Positions 45,420 through 55,746 are shown, counted from the stretch's first letter. The stretch is 64,000 nt of DNA from Nanobdellota archaeon (GCA_018829185.1 JAHJUI010000005.1:682-64681), one strand, 5' to 3'. Numbers and translations are program-made. The notes: a model not told the origin generated them from the sequence alone.

Positions 45420-45872
45420 ATGAAAATACATATATGTGGGATTTATGGATGTGGAAAAAGCACTTTGGCAAAGATTCTTTCTAAAAAATTGGATATTTCT
45501 TGTTATTTATTAGACGATATAAAATATAAAGTAAAATATACAGAAATTAGAAGTGTTGAAGGGGGGATTGAAAAAGTTAGAGATATATGTAAAAATTCTT
45601 CTTGGATAACTGAGGGCATTTGGACTAACTACGCTAAAGAAGCTTTCAAAAAATCAGATATAATAATTTTTATGCAAACACCTAAAATAATTTGTTGCTT
45701 TAGGATTCTAAAAAGATTTTTTTTAAGAAAAAAGGAGAAAGGCGACACTTTAATAGGTGCACTAAAATTAATAAAAAAAGTCTACAAATATCATTCAAAA
45801 GATGAAACTGTTTCTGAGAAGGCGCATAAAGAAATAATCAATAAATACAAAAAAACAACAATTAATAATTAA
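45420..45872 (+). CDS. P-loop NTPase (adenylate-kinase/FlaR-like small kinase)
   Basis: ICGIYGCGKSTLAKIL Walker A at the N-terminus. 150 aa. Confidence 0.5.
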   Translation: MKIHICGIYGCGKSTLAKILSKKLDISCYLLDDIKYKVKYTEIRSVEGGIEKVRDICKNSSWITEGIWTNYAKEAFKKSDIIIFMQTPKIICCFRILKRFFLRKKEKGDTLIGALKLIKKVYKYHSKDETVSEKAHKEIINKYKKTTINN

Positions 45873-46002
45873 AAATAATGAAGATTTTAAGAGAGTTTAT
45901 GGATTAATTACTAAAAAATCTAAACTAGATTAAGACTTATATTTGAAGTAAAGAAATCTCCTAAAAGGTAAGTTTTTTAAGGTTTTTTATCATTATATAT
46001 TT

Positions 46003-48093
46003 ATGCTGAATTTTAATAAATACTGGAGATTACCTTTAGTTATTGGTTTGGCTACTAGTTTAATTGGTTGTGGTAAACAGAATCCTATTCCTCCTGTTAT
46101 TCCTGTTATTCCTGATTTGCCCGTTGTTACTGAAGAAATAAATGCTGCACAGGGTGGTGTGATTGAAACAGGTACTTATGAAACAGGTATTTATAAGGTT
46201 GAGTTTCCCCCAAATTCTTTGTCACAAGATACAACTGTTGAGATTGGTGCTCCTGATGAAATTCCAAATTATCCTGTTTCGGAAAATTTAGAGCAAGCAA
46301 GTTCTTTTTTAGATATAAATCTTGGTTCTGCTTCTTTGGTTGATACTTGTTATATTTATATTCCTTATTCTGGTTTTGATAATGATAATCCACCTATGCC
46401 TTTTTTGTTTAATAGTAGTGGAAATCCTTTTGATATAGCAAGACCTTCTTCTGAAGATGAACATGTTAAAATAAATTATTTTAATGCAAGAAGGGATGGC
46501 GACTGGATTGCTGGTTTGTTTGATTTTATTGATTATGTTCAAGTGCCTAAGTTAACATTTCCAGATGGCTTTGATTTTAATTCTAGTGATCCTGTTATTT
46601 TACTAGTTCATGGGCAAGGTGGTAGTGCAGAAACATTTAATGAGCTAAATGATCCTCAGCCAACAATGTACGAATTTCTTAAGGAGGGTTATAATGGTAG
46701 AATTGGGACATGGGAATATCCTAGTATATTATCTGTTGATGTTACTGGTTTTGTGTTAGAAGATAAAATTGCTGAGTTAGAAGCCGAGCATGGAACATTT
46801 CCTTTTAAATTTGATGTTGTTACTCACAGCAGGGGTGGTTTAGATATAAGGTATTTTGTTAGAAATGGAAATGCTGATAAGGTAAATAAGGTTGTTTTTC
46901 TTGGAACACCGAATAATGGAACAACAATTGAGGCAGCTGGATATCATTTATTATTCCCCCCTGAAAGGAGTATTGATGATTGGTTTAATCCTTGGTCTTC
47001 AGGATTTTTGGATTGTTTAACTGGAAGTTCATTTTTAAATTCAATAAACACTTCTACTAGTGAAGAATTTAATGTTGATTATTACCCTATTGCTGGTAGC
47101 ATTTCAAATGATAATCCTTGTATTCCTGGAGAAGATGATCATTTAGTTGGTGTTGCTTCTGTTGATTTACATAATTTTCCTCATGAAAATGTTAGATTAC
47201 ATTCTTTAAATGAGATAGATTTGAGTCATGGAAGGTTGGTTGAGAATAGGAGGGATTTATTTATACATTTAGAAGATATTCTTAATCTAGATAATCCTTC
47301 TTTAAACGGGTTTGTAGTTTTTAGTGCTTTTGGAGTAATTATTTATTATCTCGATACTGGCGAAACAGAAAGATTAGGGGGGCAGGGGTATACCAAACCT
47401 GGTATTTCAAGAGATGGGGAAAAAATTTCTTTTAGTAAGATGTTGGGGGAGCCCACGATTCATATTATGAATGATATTATTCCTGGTGGAGAAATGATCC
47501 CGATAACACCCGGAGCCGGTCCTAGTTGGTCTCCTGACGGGAATGAACTTGCTTATATGTATGATGGAGATATTTGGATTGTTAATGTCAATACACTTAA
47601 TAAAAGAAATTTGACCAATTCTCCATCTTCTGTAGAATTATATCCAGATTGGTCTCCGTTAGGAGATAAAATTGCATTTAATTCTGATAGAGATGGTATA
47701 CTAAGTATTTATACTATTCCTGTTGATGGAGGAATTTGGACACGACTAACCTCTTCCCCCTGGCCTACTAAGTATCCAAGTTGGTCTCCTGACGGGAATG
47801 AACTTGTTTTTTACACTCATGTTGGTGGTGGTGGTAAAGTAGAAATATTCAAAATGAATAGTGATGGGACTAATAACAATAGGTTAGTATATTCTTCAAC
47901 AAATTACACAACAGATTACCCTTCTTGGTCTTATCCAAATGGAGATTGGATTTGTTTTAGACAACATCGGACTAATTATCCCGATATAGGAAAAATATAT
48001 TATGTAGATAGTGAAATTGGTGGTTTCCCCATTAGATTAACTCCTGACTTTTCGAGTGCAGATCAAGTTTTTTCTAGTTGGTATTGCGAATGA
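46003..48093 (+). CDS. lipoprotein-like alpha/beta-hydrolase (lipase/PGAP1-like) fused to TolB-like PD40 beta-propeller repeats
   Basis: Signal peptide with LIGCG lipobox-like Cys. VTHSRGG (GxSxG-type nucleophile elbow). Repeated WSPDGNELAY / WSPLGDKIAFNSDRDG PD40 motifs. Confidence 0.5.
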   Translation: MLNFNKYWRLPLVIGLATSLIGCGKQNPIPPVIPVIPDLPVVTEEINAAQGGVIETGTYETGIYKVEFPPNSLSQDTTVEIGAPDEIPNYPVSENLEQASSFLDINLGSASLVDTCYIYIPYSGFDNDNPPMPFLFNSSGNPFDIARPSSEDEHVKINYFNARRDGDWIAGLFDFIDYVQVPKLTFPDGFDFNSSDPVILLVHGQGGSAETFNELNDPQPTMYEFLKEGYNGRIGTWEYPSILSVDVTGFVLEDKIAELEAEHGTFPFKFDVVTHSRGGLDIRYFVRNGNADKVNKVVFLGTPNNGTTIEAAGYHLLFPPERSIDDWFNPWSSGFLDCLTGSSFLNSINTSTSEEFNVDYYPIAGSISNDNPCIPGEDDHLVGVASVDLHNFPHENVRLHSLNEIDLSHGRLVENRRDLFIHLEDILNLDNPSLNGFVVFSAFGVIIYYLDTGETERLGGQGYTKPGISRDGEKISFSKMLGEPTIHIMNDIIPGGEMIPITPGAGPSWSPDGNELAYMYDGDIWIVNVNTLNKRNLTNSPSSVELYPDWSPLGDKIAFNSDRDGILSIYTIPVDGGIWTRLTSSPWPTKYPSWSPDGNELVFYTHVGGGGKVEIFKMNSDGTNNNRLVYSSTNYTTDYPSWSYPNGDWICFRQHRTNYPDIGKIYYVDSEIGGFPIRLTPDFSSADQVFSSWYCE

Positions 48094-48281
48094 ATAATTT
48101 TAATTTAACCATTAAATCTTTTTGAGTTTTCTTTCTTCATCTTCTGAACTATTTTTATAAAGTTTTTTATTGTTTATTAATTGGTGATTATATGGTGCCC
48201 ACAATATTAGTTGTGATTAATTATTAAGAAACTATTTACGCTTTAGAAAACATTAAAAACACCGAAATATAAATTAAAACT

Positions 48282-49040
48282 ATGATAAAAATAGGTCCTG
48301 CGGGTATTGGAGGGATTAAAGAAATAGAAAGTAATTTTAAGTATTTTTCTAAGAATAAAATTAAAGCTGCTGAAGCTGCTTTTACATATGGTGTTTACCT
48401 AAAAGAAAAAGAAGCTGTAAAAATTGGTAAATTAGCTAAAAAATTAAATATTAGCTTAAGTGTTCATGCTCCTTACTGGATTAATTTAAATTCTGAAGAA
48501 AAAATTAAAGTTAAAAAAAGTAAAGAAAGGATTTTGAAAGCTGGGTTTATTGGGGAAAAATTAGGGGCTACTCATGTTGTATTTCATCCTGGTTATTATG
48601 GTAAAAAGAGTAAAGAAGAAACTTATGAAAATATAAAGAATGAAATTTTAGATTTGCAAAAAGATTTTAAGAAATGGAAAATTAAGTTAGCTCCTGAAAC
48701 AACTGGAAAAGTGAATGTTTTTGGTTCTATTGAAGAGATTTTACAATTAGTAAAAGATACTAAATGTAGTTTTTGTTTGGATTTTGCACATTTACTTGCT
48801 AGAAGTCAAGGAAAAATGAGCTATGGTGAAATGTTAAAACAATTTAAGAAATTTAAACATATTCATGCACATTTTTCAGGTATTGAATACTCTGCTAAAG
48901 GTGAAAGAAGACATAAAAAAACTCCTGAAAGCGAGATTAAGAAACTAATGAAAGTTGTTAAAGGCCAAAATATAACTGTTATTAATGAAAGTCCAGATAT
49001 GGTGAATGACGTTTTGAGTATGATAAGTTATTTAAAGTAA
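48282..49040 (+). CDS. nfo: endonuclease IV-like AP endonuclease (TIM barrel, family 2)
   Basis: SLSVHAPYWINL and VVFHPGYY correspond to the conserved Nfo metal-binding blocks (HxxYLINL, NFHPG). Confidence 0.55.
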   Translation: MIKIGPAGIGGIKEIESNFKYFSKNKIKAAEAAFTYGVYLKEKEAVKIGKLAKKLNISLSVHAPYWINLNSEEKIKVKKSKERILKAGFIGEKLGATHVVFHPGYYGKKSKEETYENIKNEILDLQKDFKKWKIKLAPETTGKVNVFGSIEEILQLVKDTKCSFCLDFAHLLARSQGKMSYGEMLKQFKKFKHIHAHFSGIEYSAKGERRHKKTPESEIKKLMKVVKGQNITVINESPDMVNDVLSMISYLK

Positions 49041-49058
49041 GTATTTCTTTTAATTGTT

Positions 49059-49358
49059 ATGATTGAGGGCCTTCTGGGTATAGTGGAGAATGTTAGTGTT
49101 ATGATAGAAAATCCTACCCTCATTAAAGAGAAGATTGTGTATGGTCTTATACCAAGGGGGATATATCATGGTGTGCCTGATTCCTCTCTTTCAAATAATC
49201 TCCAAAGGTGCTTCTGGGATTGGGTTGGAAATTTTGTTAAAAGGCAATCTTGTCTTGCCTATGTCAATTTAAGCGATAGAACTTTTGTAGGAGAATCAAA
49301 TTTAGGGGATGTAGTTAATACAATGAATACAATTTATAGACTTTCACCAATTAGTTAA
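49059..49358 (+). CDS. hypothetical protein (GC-elevated, 99 aa)
   Basis: No recognised family. Confidence 0.3.
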   Translation: MIEGLLGIVENVSVMIENPTLIKEKIVYGLIPRGIYHGVPDSSLSNNLQRCFWDWVGNFVKRQSCLAYVNLSDRTFVGESNLGDVVNTMNTIYRLSPIS

Positions 49359-50248
49359 ACTTTCTTTATTTTTGCAACAAAAAATCCATCTGTGTCATTG
49401 TCTTGTGGCCAAAGTCTTAAACATTTATTTATTTCTGAAGAATATTTATTCTCTTTATAATCTAAGATTGGTTTTGAGGATTTTAAGTTTAAATTGATTT
49501 TTTCTAATTTTGCATTTTCATATTCTTCTAATAAATAATTTATTATTCCTTCGTTTTCTTCTGGTTCTAAAGAACATGTTGAATAAACTAAAGTTCCATT
49601 TATTTTAAGGTTTTCAAAAGCTGTTTTTATTAATTGTCTTTGAGTTCCAGCTATTCTTTTTACAGTGTTTAAATTCCATTCTTTAAGTGTTCTTAGAGAT
49701 TTTCTGATGGTTCCTGTTCCTGAACAAGGAGCATCTACTAAAATCTTATCGAAGTTTTGATCTTTGAAAAATCTTCCTTCCATTAAGGTAACTACTGCAT
49801 TTGAAACTCCACATCTTTGTAAATTAATTGATAATGATTTTAATCTCGGTATTTTATAATCGTTTGCTATAAGTAATCCTTTATTTTCCATTAATTGAGC
49901 TAGTTCTGTTGTTTTGCTTCCTGGTGATGCACACATATCTAATATTACTTCATCTTTTGGGTCTAAAACTAAAGGTGGGATCATTGATGCTGATTCTTGC
50001 ATATAAAAGTAACCTAATTGATGTTCAGGTAAATTTCCTAAACCTATTCTTTCTTCTTCTATGTAAAACCCAAAATCTGTCCAAGGAATTTTTTTAAGTT
50101 TTAAGTCTATTTTGAAATCTTTTACAGGAATCTTTAAAGTATTCACCCTTATTGATTTTTTTACTGGTTTTACACAATATTCTTTAAAAGTTTCTATATC
50201 GGTGAGTTCTGCATAATGATCTAGGAAATTTTGTTTGAATTCTGGCAT
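49355..50248 (-). CDS. RsmB/NOL1/NOP2/Sun-family RNA cytosine-C5 methyltransferase
   Basis: DMCASPGSKT (SAM motif I), DAPCSGTG (motif IV with catalytic Cys), TCSLEPEENE (motif VI Cys). Confidence 0.8.
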   Translation of the reverse strand: MPEFKQNFLDHYAELTDIETFKEYCVKPVKKSIRVNTLKIPVKDFKIDLKLKKIPWTDFGFYIEEERIGLGNLPEHQLGYFYMQESASMIPPLVLDPKDEVILDMCASPGSKTTELAQLMENKGLLIANDYKIPRLKSLSINLQRCGVSNAVVTLMEGRFFKDQNFDKILVDAPCSGTGTIRKSLRTLKEWNLNTVKRIAGTQRQLIKTAFENLKINGTLVYSTCSLEPEENEGIINYLLEEYENAKLEKINLNLKSSKPILDYKENKYSSEINKCLRLWPQDNDTDGFFVAKIKKV

Positions 50249-50325
50249 AAAGTTTTAAAAAAAAGTAAGTTTAAATATCTTGTTGTTTAGCAACATTTAA
50301 ATAATGGTATTTTCATAATTCTGTT

Positions 50326-50727
50326 ATGGCAAAAGATAATAAGTTTAAAGTATTATTTTTAATTGCTGCTATTTATGATTTTCTATTAGGAGCTATATTC
50401 TTGTTTTTTTACAAACCGATTTATTCTATGTTTAATATTGTTTTGCCTGCTTATCCAATGTATCTGCAGATGTCAGCTGCATTTGTATTTGCTATGGGTT
50501 TTGGTTATTATTTTATTTATAAAAATCTTTATAGAAATATTGATTTAGTAAAATTAGGAATTGCTTACAAGATATTTTACAGTGCATGGGCTGGCTATTT
50601 CTTCTTTAAAGGTCTTGCACATGTAACCTTCTTTTATTTTGTTTTATTTGATTTGGTATTTTTAGTATTCTTTATAATGTTCTTGAAATATGCAAAGAAA
50701 GATGCAAGATACTTGAAGTGGAAGTAA
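50326..50727 (+). CDS. integral membrane protein
   Basis: 4 predicted TM helices. Confidence 0.45.
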   Translation: MAKDNKFKVLFLIAAIYDFLLGAIFLFFYKPIYSMFNIVLPAYPMYLQMSAAFVFAMGFGYYFIYKNLYRNIDLVKLGIAYKIFYSAWAGYFFFKGLAHVTFFYFVLFDLVFLVFFIMFLKYAKKDARYLKWK

Positions 50728-50751
50728 GAAAGATTTAAATATCTCTTCTGA

Positions 50752-51186
50752 TTGTGGTTTTTTATGAGAAATGTAACAAGAGTTGTTGGGACTAGTTTGT
50801 TAGTACTTACTTTAGGTTTAATTAGTTGTAATAAGGAAAAAATGATGGAACTTAGAGCTTCGCAATATATTCAAGAGGGGGAAGATAGTGAAGCCTTGAA
50901 TACTTATTTTGAAGGTTTGGTTGATAGAGCTAGAGATTTAATTGATGCACATGGCGCAGCTTCAGATCCAATGAGCAAGGATTTCAGTCCTGCGAGAATT
51001 GATACTTTAAAAGAAAAAATGGAAGATTATGCAGTTCAGTTAAGGATTTATGTTGTAGGAAATCCCCCCCTGGAAGATAATCAGATTTCTAAGTTACAAG
51101 GATTGGCTTCAACTTTAGATCAATATTCTAGTGGTGAAAGAGAAAATATGGCAGACCGGTATCCTCTGCGTTCTGGAAATGATTAA
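50752..51186 (+). CDS. putative lipoprotein (GC-elevated)
   Basis: Signal peptide with LISC lipobox-like Cys. Confidence 0.4.
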   Translation: MWFFMRNVTRVVGTSLLVLTLGLISCNKEKMMELRASQYIQEGEDSEALNTYFEGLVDRARDLIDAHGAASDPMSKDFSPARIDTLKEKMEDYAVQLRIYVVGNPPLEDNQISKLQGLASTLDQYSSGERENMADRYPLRSGND

Positions 51187-51216
51187 TTTTAAATACCGCC
51201 CCCCTTTCTAATTTTT

Positions 51217-51702
51217 ATGAAATACAGCAATAGATTAAGACTTTTTGGAGTTACCTTACTAACTGCCACCATTCCTTTTTTATGGGGTTGTTCTCAAGCA
51301 CCAATAAATCCCGATTATTTGACAGAAAGTCAAACTGAAGAAGTTAGAAGATTAGTTGAAGAAAATACTTCCTTAAAAGAAAATGTTGATGCTTGTGTAG
51401 GGGATAGGGATTTTTGGTTTGGTGCATATATAACACATTGGTATGAAAAATCTCAAGGGAATGTTGCCCTTGCTGAAGATGGAGTATCAACCCATATTTT
51501 AGAGGAACAATTGCAATTAGATCATGATTTAGGCATTCTTCTTTTAGGGGGTATTAATTTAAGTTATGATACAAGAAATATGGTCCGTGATGGAGTAATG
51601 GATTTAAGTTATTCTTTAGCTAAAATGCATAATCAAGCGGACACTTTGTTTTTTCATTATGATGAATTAAGAGATGGTAATCCTAGTGATGAGTTAAAAT
51701 GA
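51217..51702 (+). CDS. putative lipoprotein (GC-elevated)
   Basis: Signal peptide ending LWGCSQ (lipobox-like). Confidence 0.4.
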   Translation: MKYSNRLRLFGVTLLTATIPFLWGCSQAPINPDYLTESQTEEVRRLVEENTSLKENVDACVGDRDFWFGAYITHWYEKSQGNVALAEDGVSTHILEEQLQLDHDLGILLLGGINLSYDTRNMVRDGVMDLSYSLAKMHNQADTLFFHYDELRDGNPSDELK

Positions 51703-51704
51703 TA

Positions 51705-51776
51705 TGCGCGAGCCGGGAATCGAACCCGGGTCAGAACGTTGGCAACGTCCTAGTCTAACCGCTAACCTACTCACGC
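51705..51776 (-). tRNA. tRNA-Gly (anticodon GCC), no encoded CCA
   Basis: Minus strand: GCGTGAG acceptor pairs with CTCGCGC. D-arm contains GG. Anticodon stem GGACG/CGTTC with loop TT-GCC-AA. T-arm CCGGG-TTCGATT-CCCGG. Discriminator A. Confidence 0.85.
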
Positions 51777-51811
51777 ATACTAAGAAAAGAGAAATAGTTT
51801 ATTTAAAAATC

Positions 51812-52177
51812 TTATTGTTTTTCTTCATACTCTTTTATTGCGTTTTGTAAGGCTTCAGTACATAAAGCTGCACAATGCATTTTTAGTTGAGGTAAACCAC
51901 CAATCTCTTTAATTATATCTTCCCCTTTTAGCTTTTTAGCTTGCTCTAATGTTTTTCCTATAACTGATTCACATAATGCTTCTGAAGAAACAATTGCTGC
52001 TATGCAGCCATATGTTTTGAATTTGGCATCAACTATTTTTCCATCTTTTACTTTTATGAAAATTTTCATAGCATCTCCGCAAGGAGAATTCATTGTTTGT
52101 CCCATTGCATCTGCATCTTTCATTTCTCCAACATGCTTTTGATTATCAAACAATTTTTGTATTTTTTCGTTGTACAT
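51812..52177 (-). CDS. iscU: Fe-S cluster assembly scaffold protein (NifU N-terminal/IscU-like)
   Basis: NSPCGD, GCIAAIVSS and LKMHCAALCTEAL carry the three conserved Cys. Confidence 0.8.
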   Translation of the reverse strand: MYNEKIQKLFDNQKHVGEMKDADAMGQTMNSPCGDAMKIFIKVKDGKIVDAKFKTYGCIAAIVSSEALCESVIGKTLEQAKKLKGEDIIKEIGGLPQLKMHCAALCTEALQNAIKEYEEKQ

Positions 52178-52178
52178 T

Positions 52179-52681
52179 TTATAGTTTTTGGTTTTGATAT
52201 TTTCCCTTATATTCTGCTTTTCCCTCCATCCTTTCTAAGTTTAATTGGCAAATTCTTTCATTTGCATTTAATCTTATTGGAAATGGTGAATGGTTTTTAA
52301 TTTCTAATACTTGTTTGTTGTTTATTCCTGGAGAGATAAACGAGGCGTTTATGTGGACCCCTAGCCCCAGTCTTGCGAATCTGCTTCTTCCTTGCAATCT
52401 TCCGCAAATGTTATTGGCAGTTTAATTTTTTCTTTTGTTATACCAAGAATGAATTGTCCTGGCTCTAAGATTACAAAATCTCTTTTTATTAATTTTGTAT
52501 ATTTTTTATAATCTGTTTTCTCTTTTATTGAAACTTGTTTTTTTCCATTTATAAAAATTCTGAATTGATTGTCTAGCGTTAAATCTATTGAAGCAGGACC
52601 CAATTGATTTTTTTTGAATGGGGTTATTTTTATTCTTTTGTTTTTTATTTCTTCTAATATTTTGCTTTTTGAGAGTATCAT
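52179..52681 (-). pseudogene. dcd: dCTP deaminase/dUTPase-family gene split by a 1-nt frameshift
   Basis: ORF 52361..52681 carries the N-terminal half (…LGPASIDLTLDN…ILEPGQFILGITKEKIKLP). ORF 52179..52397 carries the C-terminal half (…GRLQGRSRFARLGLGVH…YKGKYQNQK). The frames switch right after KLP at a CCAA run. One added base restores KLPNNICGRLQGRS, which matches the Dcd consensus LPDNL..LEGRSS. Confidence 0.7.
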
Positions 52682-52737
52682 TTTGTTAAATATCTGTTAA
52701 AAGTAAGGTTTAAAAGGTTTTTGAATCACCCAATTCC

Positions 52738-53028
52738 ATGGATTTAGAATATACAATAATAGACGAACAATACGAGGCGGGCATTATTATTAATCTTGGT
52801 TTAAAACAACCACCCCGGCCATCTGATTGTTTGTCAAGAAGCAATCCTGGAACTATCCCTGCTTATATAGCATTAAGGGGCATATTATACAAAAGAGGTT
52901 GGGCAAATCTTAAGGGGGAAATAGAAGCTCCTGGGTTAATTCTTAATAGACGTGTGCAATTTGATGGAGACTTAGGTAGTTGGGTTTTTGAGGTAACTCT
53001 TAGGCTTGATCCAACTAAAATACAATGA
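52738..53028 (+). CDS. hypothetical protein (GC-elevated, 96 aa)
   Basis: No recognised family. Confidence 0.3.
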   Translation: MDLEYTIIDEQYEAGIIINLGLKQPPRPSDCLSRSNPGTIPAYIALRGILYKRGWANLKGEIEAPGLILNRRVQFDGDLGSWVFEVTLRLDPTKIQ

Positions 53029-53483
53029 ATTACTATGATGAAATATCTTCTGGCTATAATGAACTTCACAAAGAAGAGCAATTAAAGAAGATTAAGATTA
53101 TTATTAAAGAATTAAACATAACTAATGAAATGGTTTTAGATGTTGGCTGTGGGACTGCTTTTTATTCTGATTTATTTAAAGATTATACTGGGATAGATAA
53201 TAGTGAAGGAATGTTAGAAAAAGCTAATTCTAATGTTATTTTGGGAAATGCAGAAGAATTACCGTTTGAAGATGATTCTTTTGATATTGTTATTTCTGTT
53301 ACTGCTTTACATAATGTTAAGGGTTTTAAAAAGGCTATAAAAGAAATGGAAAGGGTTTCTAAAGGAAAGATTGCTATTTCTGTTTTAAAGAAAAGTAAAC
53401 ATTTTGATGAAATTAAAAAAGAATTAAAAGATTATAAACAAATTGAGGAAGAAAAAGATATTATCTTTATTAATCAAACATAG
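53025..53483 (+). CDS. class I SAM-dependent methyltransferase
   Basis: VLDVGCGTAFYS (motif I), followed by an acidic motif II and an ISV... motif. 152 aa. Confidence 0.7.
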   Translation: MNYYDEISSGYNELHKEEQLKKIKIIIKELNITNEMVLDVGCGTAFYSDLFKDYTGIDNSEGMLEKANSNVILGNAEELPFEDDSFDIVISVTALHNVKGFKKAIKEMERVSKGKIAISVLKKSKHFDEIKKELKDYKQIEEEKDIIFINQT

Positions 53484-55263
53484 AAAATACGCCTTTATTG
53501 TCATTGTCTTTTTTTGGTTCTTCTTTTTTATCTTCTAAAATAATTGTTCTTTCTTTTCGGGGTAATGGTTTATCAAATTCTTCTACTTCTTTGTTTGATT
53601 CTGATGCTAAATGAAGTAAATATTTTATTTGTTCATTTCTTGACATTGGTGAAAATTTTTTCTCTGGCTCCGCTACTTTTGATTTAAATATTGTTGTTTT
53701 TGCTCCATCTTTGATTATTGGTTTTACATCAAATGATTTTTCTTCTGTTTTAATTCCTTGAGTTTCAATATCTTTTAAAATTCTTGCTTTGAAATCCCTT
53801 ATATCTTCATCTGTTGCTTTTCCAAATCTTATTTTAGACTTAAGTTTGGTCTTCATTTCTGTTTTTCTCTTTTCTCCAAGCCGTCTCTCTCTATCTTTAA
53901 CTCTCTCTGTTTTCTTTATTCCTTTAAATTTGTAGTAAAAGAAAACTCCAAATATACCAACTATAACAATCAAAAATATCCATGATGAATTGGTCCTTGA
54001 TGATCCTGAAGCTCTAACTGCGCTACCGGTTGTAGCTGTAAAAAAATCTCCAAAACGATTAATTGCGCTTCTTGCATCTGTAATTTCTATTCCATTTAAT
54101 GTTTCTTCAGTGTTTAATATTCTTAAATCATAAATCCCAGATCTTGCTTCTTTGAAAAGTTCCACATTCATTGATTCTCCGGGTCTTAATTTTGTAATTT
54201 TTTTAACTATTGAGCTATAATCTCCGCTGTTTAGTTCAATTTCTAAATCTTCTGTATAATCTAGATTTCCTATATTTTTTATTTCAAGAACTTGATTTGT
54301 TAAAGTGATAAGTAAATCTTCAACCCCCTCCACTGTAAATTTTGTTTCTTGTGTAAATCCCTCTGATTTTGAAATAATTGTCCAATCTCCTGGGAGAGCG
54401 TATTCATCTAATTCAAACTCTATTTCTTCTCCAGTTTCAGCAATCTTTTCAGAATATATTTTCCCCTTTGGATTTTTTATTGTTATGTCTATTTTTTCTT
54501 CAATTGGATCTCCTGCCTGATCATACAAAAATGGAATTATTATGACCGTTTCTCCTGGCAAAAATGAAGTTATACTTAATGAATTTTCTAAGCTTGTTGG
54601 TTTTGGTATGATCTCTAGAGAAATTGTTTCGGAACCACGGTTTCCAAAATTATCTTGAACTTGTAACAATAATGTGTGTTCTCCAGATTTTATTTGTTCT
54701 GGAACTAAAATTTCATATTCAAATTTGTTTTTTGTGATATCCAGCATATATGTTTTTCCATAAAGTTCATATCTTGCTTCTGCTTCTTCAATGTCTCCGC
54801 CAAATGGTTTTTCTAATGTGCTTTTTATTGCAATTGTTTGACCTGGTTTGTATCGTTCTCTGTTTAATGTTGATGTCAATGTCAGTTCAGAATCAACTCT
54901 TAATGAATCTATGTTGTCGAAAGTTACTGTGTTTCCATATCCATCATTATACGTTACTGAAATGGTATATTTTCCCGCAGGCATTGGTTCATTATCTGGA
55001 TTTAATGCTAGCATGGTTTCAACAGAAAATTTTCCATTTACTAAAGTAGAAGCAGCATTATATTCTGCATTTTCATTTTTGAAGTTTACAAGAACAAAAC
55101 CTATTTCTATTGGTTGTTCATTGTCTGATAATTCTCCTGAAAAAATGAATGAATCTCCAAGTTCTATCTTTTCTTTATTGATATTAAACGTTCCTTCGAT
55201 TGCTGCTTGAGCTCTAAATGGTATAAATAAAAACAAAAGTAATAATATCATCACCTTTTTCAT
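53470..55263 (-). CDS. surface protein: signal peptide, Ig-like/beta-sandwich ectodomain, TM helix, long charged cytoplasmic tail
   Basis: N-terminal signal peptide. Internal TM helix (SWIFLIVIVGIFGVFFYY). Lys/Glu-rich C-terminal ~170 aa. Confidence 0.5.
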   Translation of the reverse strand: MKKVMILLLLFLFIPFRAQAAIEGTFNINKEKIELGDSFIFSGELSDNEQPIEIGFVLVNFKNENAEYNAASTLVNGKFSVETMLALNPDNEPMPAGKYTISVTYNDGYGNTVTFDNIDSLRVDSELTLTSTLNRERYKPGQTIAIKSTLEKPFGGDIEEAEARYELYGKTYMLDITKNKFEYEILVPEQIKSGEHTLLLQVQDNFGNRGSETISLEIIPKPTSLENSLSITSFLPGETVIIIPFLYDQAGDPIEEKIDITIKNPKGKIYSEKIAETGEEIEFELDEYALPGDWTIISKSEGFTQETKFTVEGVEDLLITLTNQVLEIKNIGNLDYTEDLEIELNSGDYSSIVKKITKLRPGESMNVELFKEARSGIYDLRILNTEETLNGIEITDARSAINRFGDFFTATTGSAVRASGSSRTNSSWIFLIVIVGIFGVFFYYKFKGIKKTERVKDRERRLGEKRKTEMKTKLKSKIRFGKATDEDIRDFKARILKDIETQGIKTEEKSFDVKPIIKDGAKTTIFKSKVAEPEKKFSPMSRNEQIKYLLHLASESNKEVEEFDKPLPRKERTIILEDKKEEPKKDNDNKGVFSMFD

Positions 55264-55356
55264 ACACTTGATAGTTGCTTACTCATATATAAAATTATTG
55301 TTTGATAATAAATTTAATCCTCTTGGCTGATTTATATATTAAGTTTTTTGTCGTTG

Positions 55357-55746
55357 CTATTGGTCCTCTCTTTTTCTAAATAATTGGATTCTATCCAAGG
55401 TTATATATGTTTCTCCAGCTTCAATCTTTATTCCTAATAACCCATCGATATCATTTAATCCCTGTCTTGTTTCTTGATCTACAGATAATGGATAAGCTTC
55501 GACAATTTCAAAAGCTGATGCATCTAATAAATCTGCAGGAGATAATCCAAACTTGAATTGAATTGTATCAAAATCAGAATAAGCCACAATCTTCCTGATT
55601 GAATCTGAACAGATCCTTTTTCTTTTTTCAGGAGTTTTTGGGTCTGTGCCATCTAAATTAGTTGAACTACAAACCACATAAAATTCATTACCTACTTTTT
55701 GATATCTGCCATATTGATTTGGTACAATGGGACTTATATGTATCAT
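55357..55746 (-). CDS. hypothetical protein (GC-elevated), divergent from thrS
   Basis: 129 aa. No recognised family. Confidence 0.4.
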   Translation of the reverse strand: MIHISPIVPNQYGRYQKVGNEFYVVCSSTNLDGTDPKTPEKRKRICSDSIRKIVAYSDFDTIQFKFGLSPADLLDASAFEIVEAYPLSVDQETRQGLNDIDGLLGIKIEAGETYITLDRIQLFRKREDQ

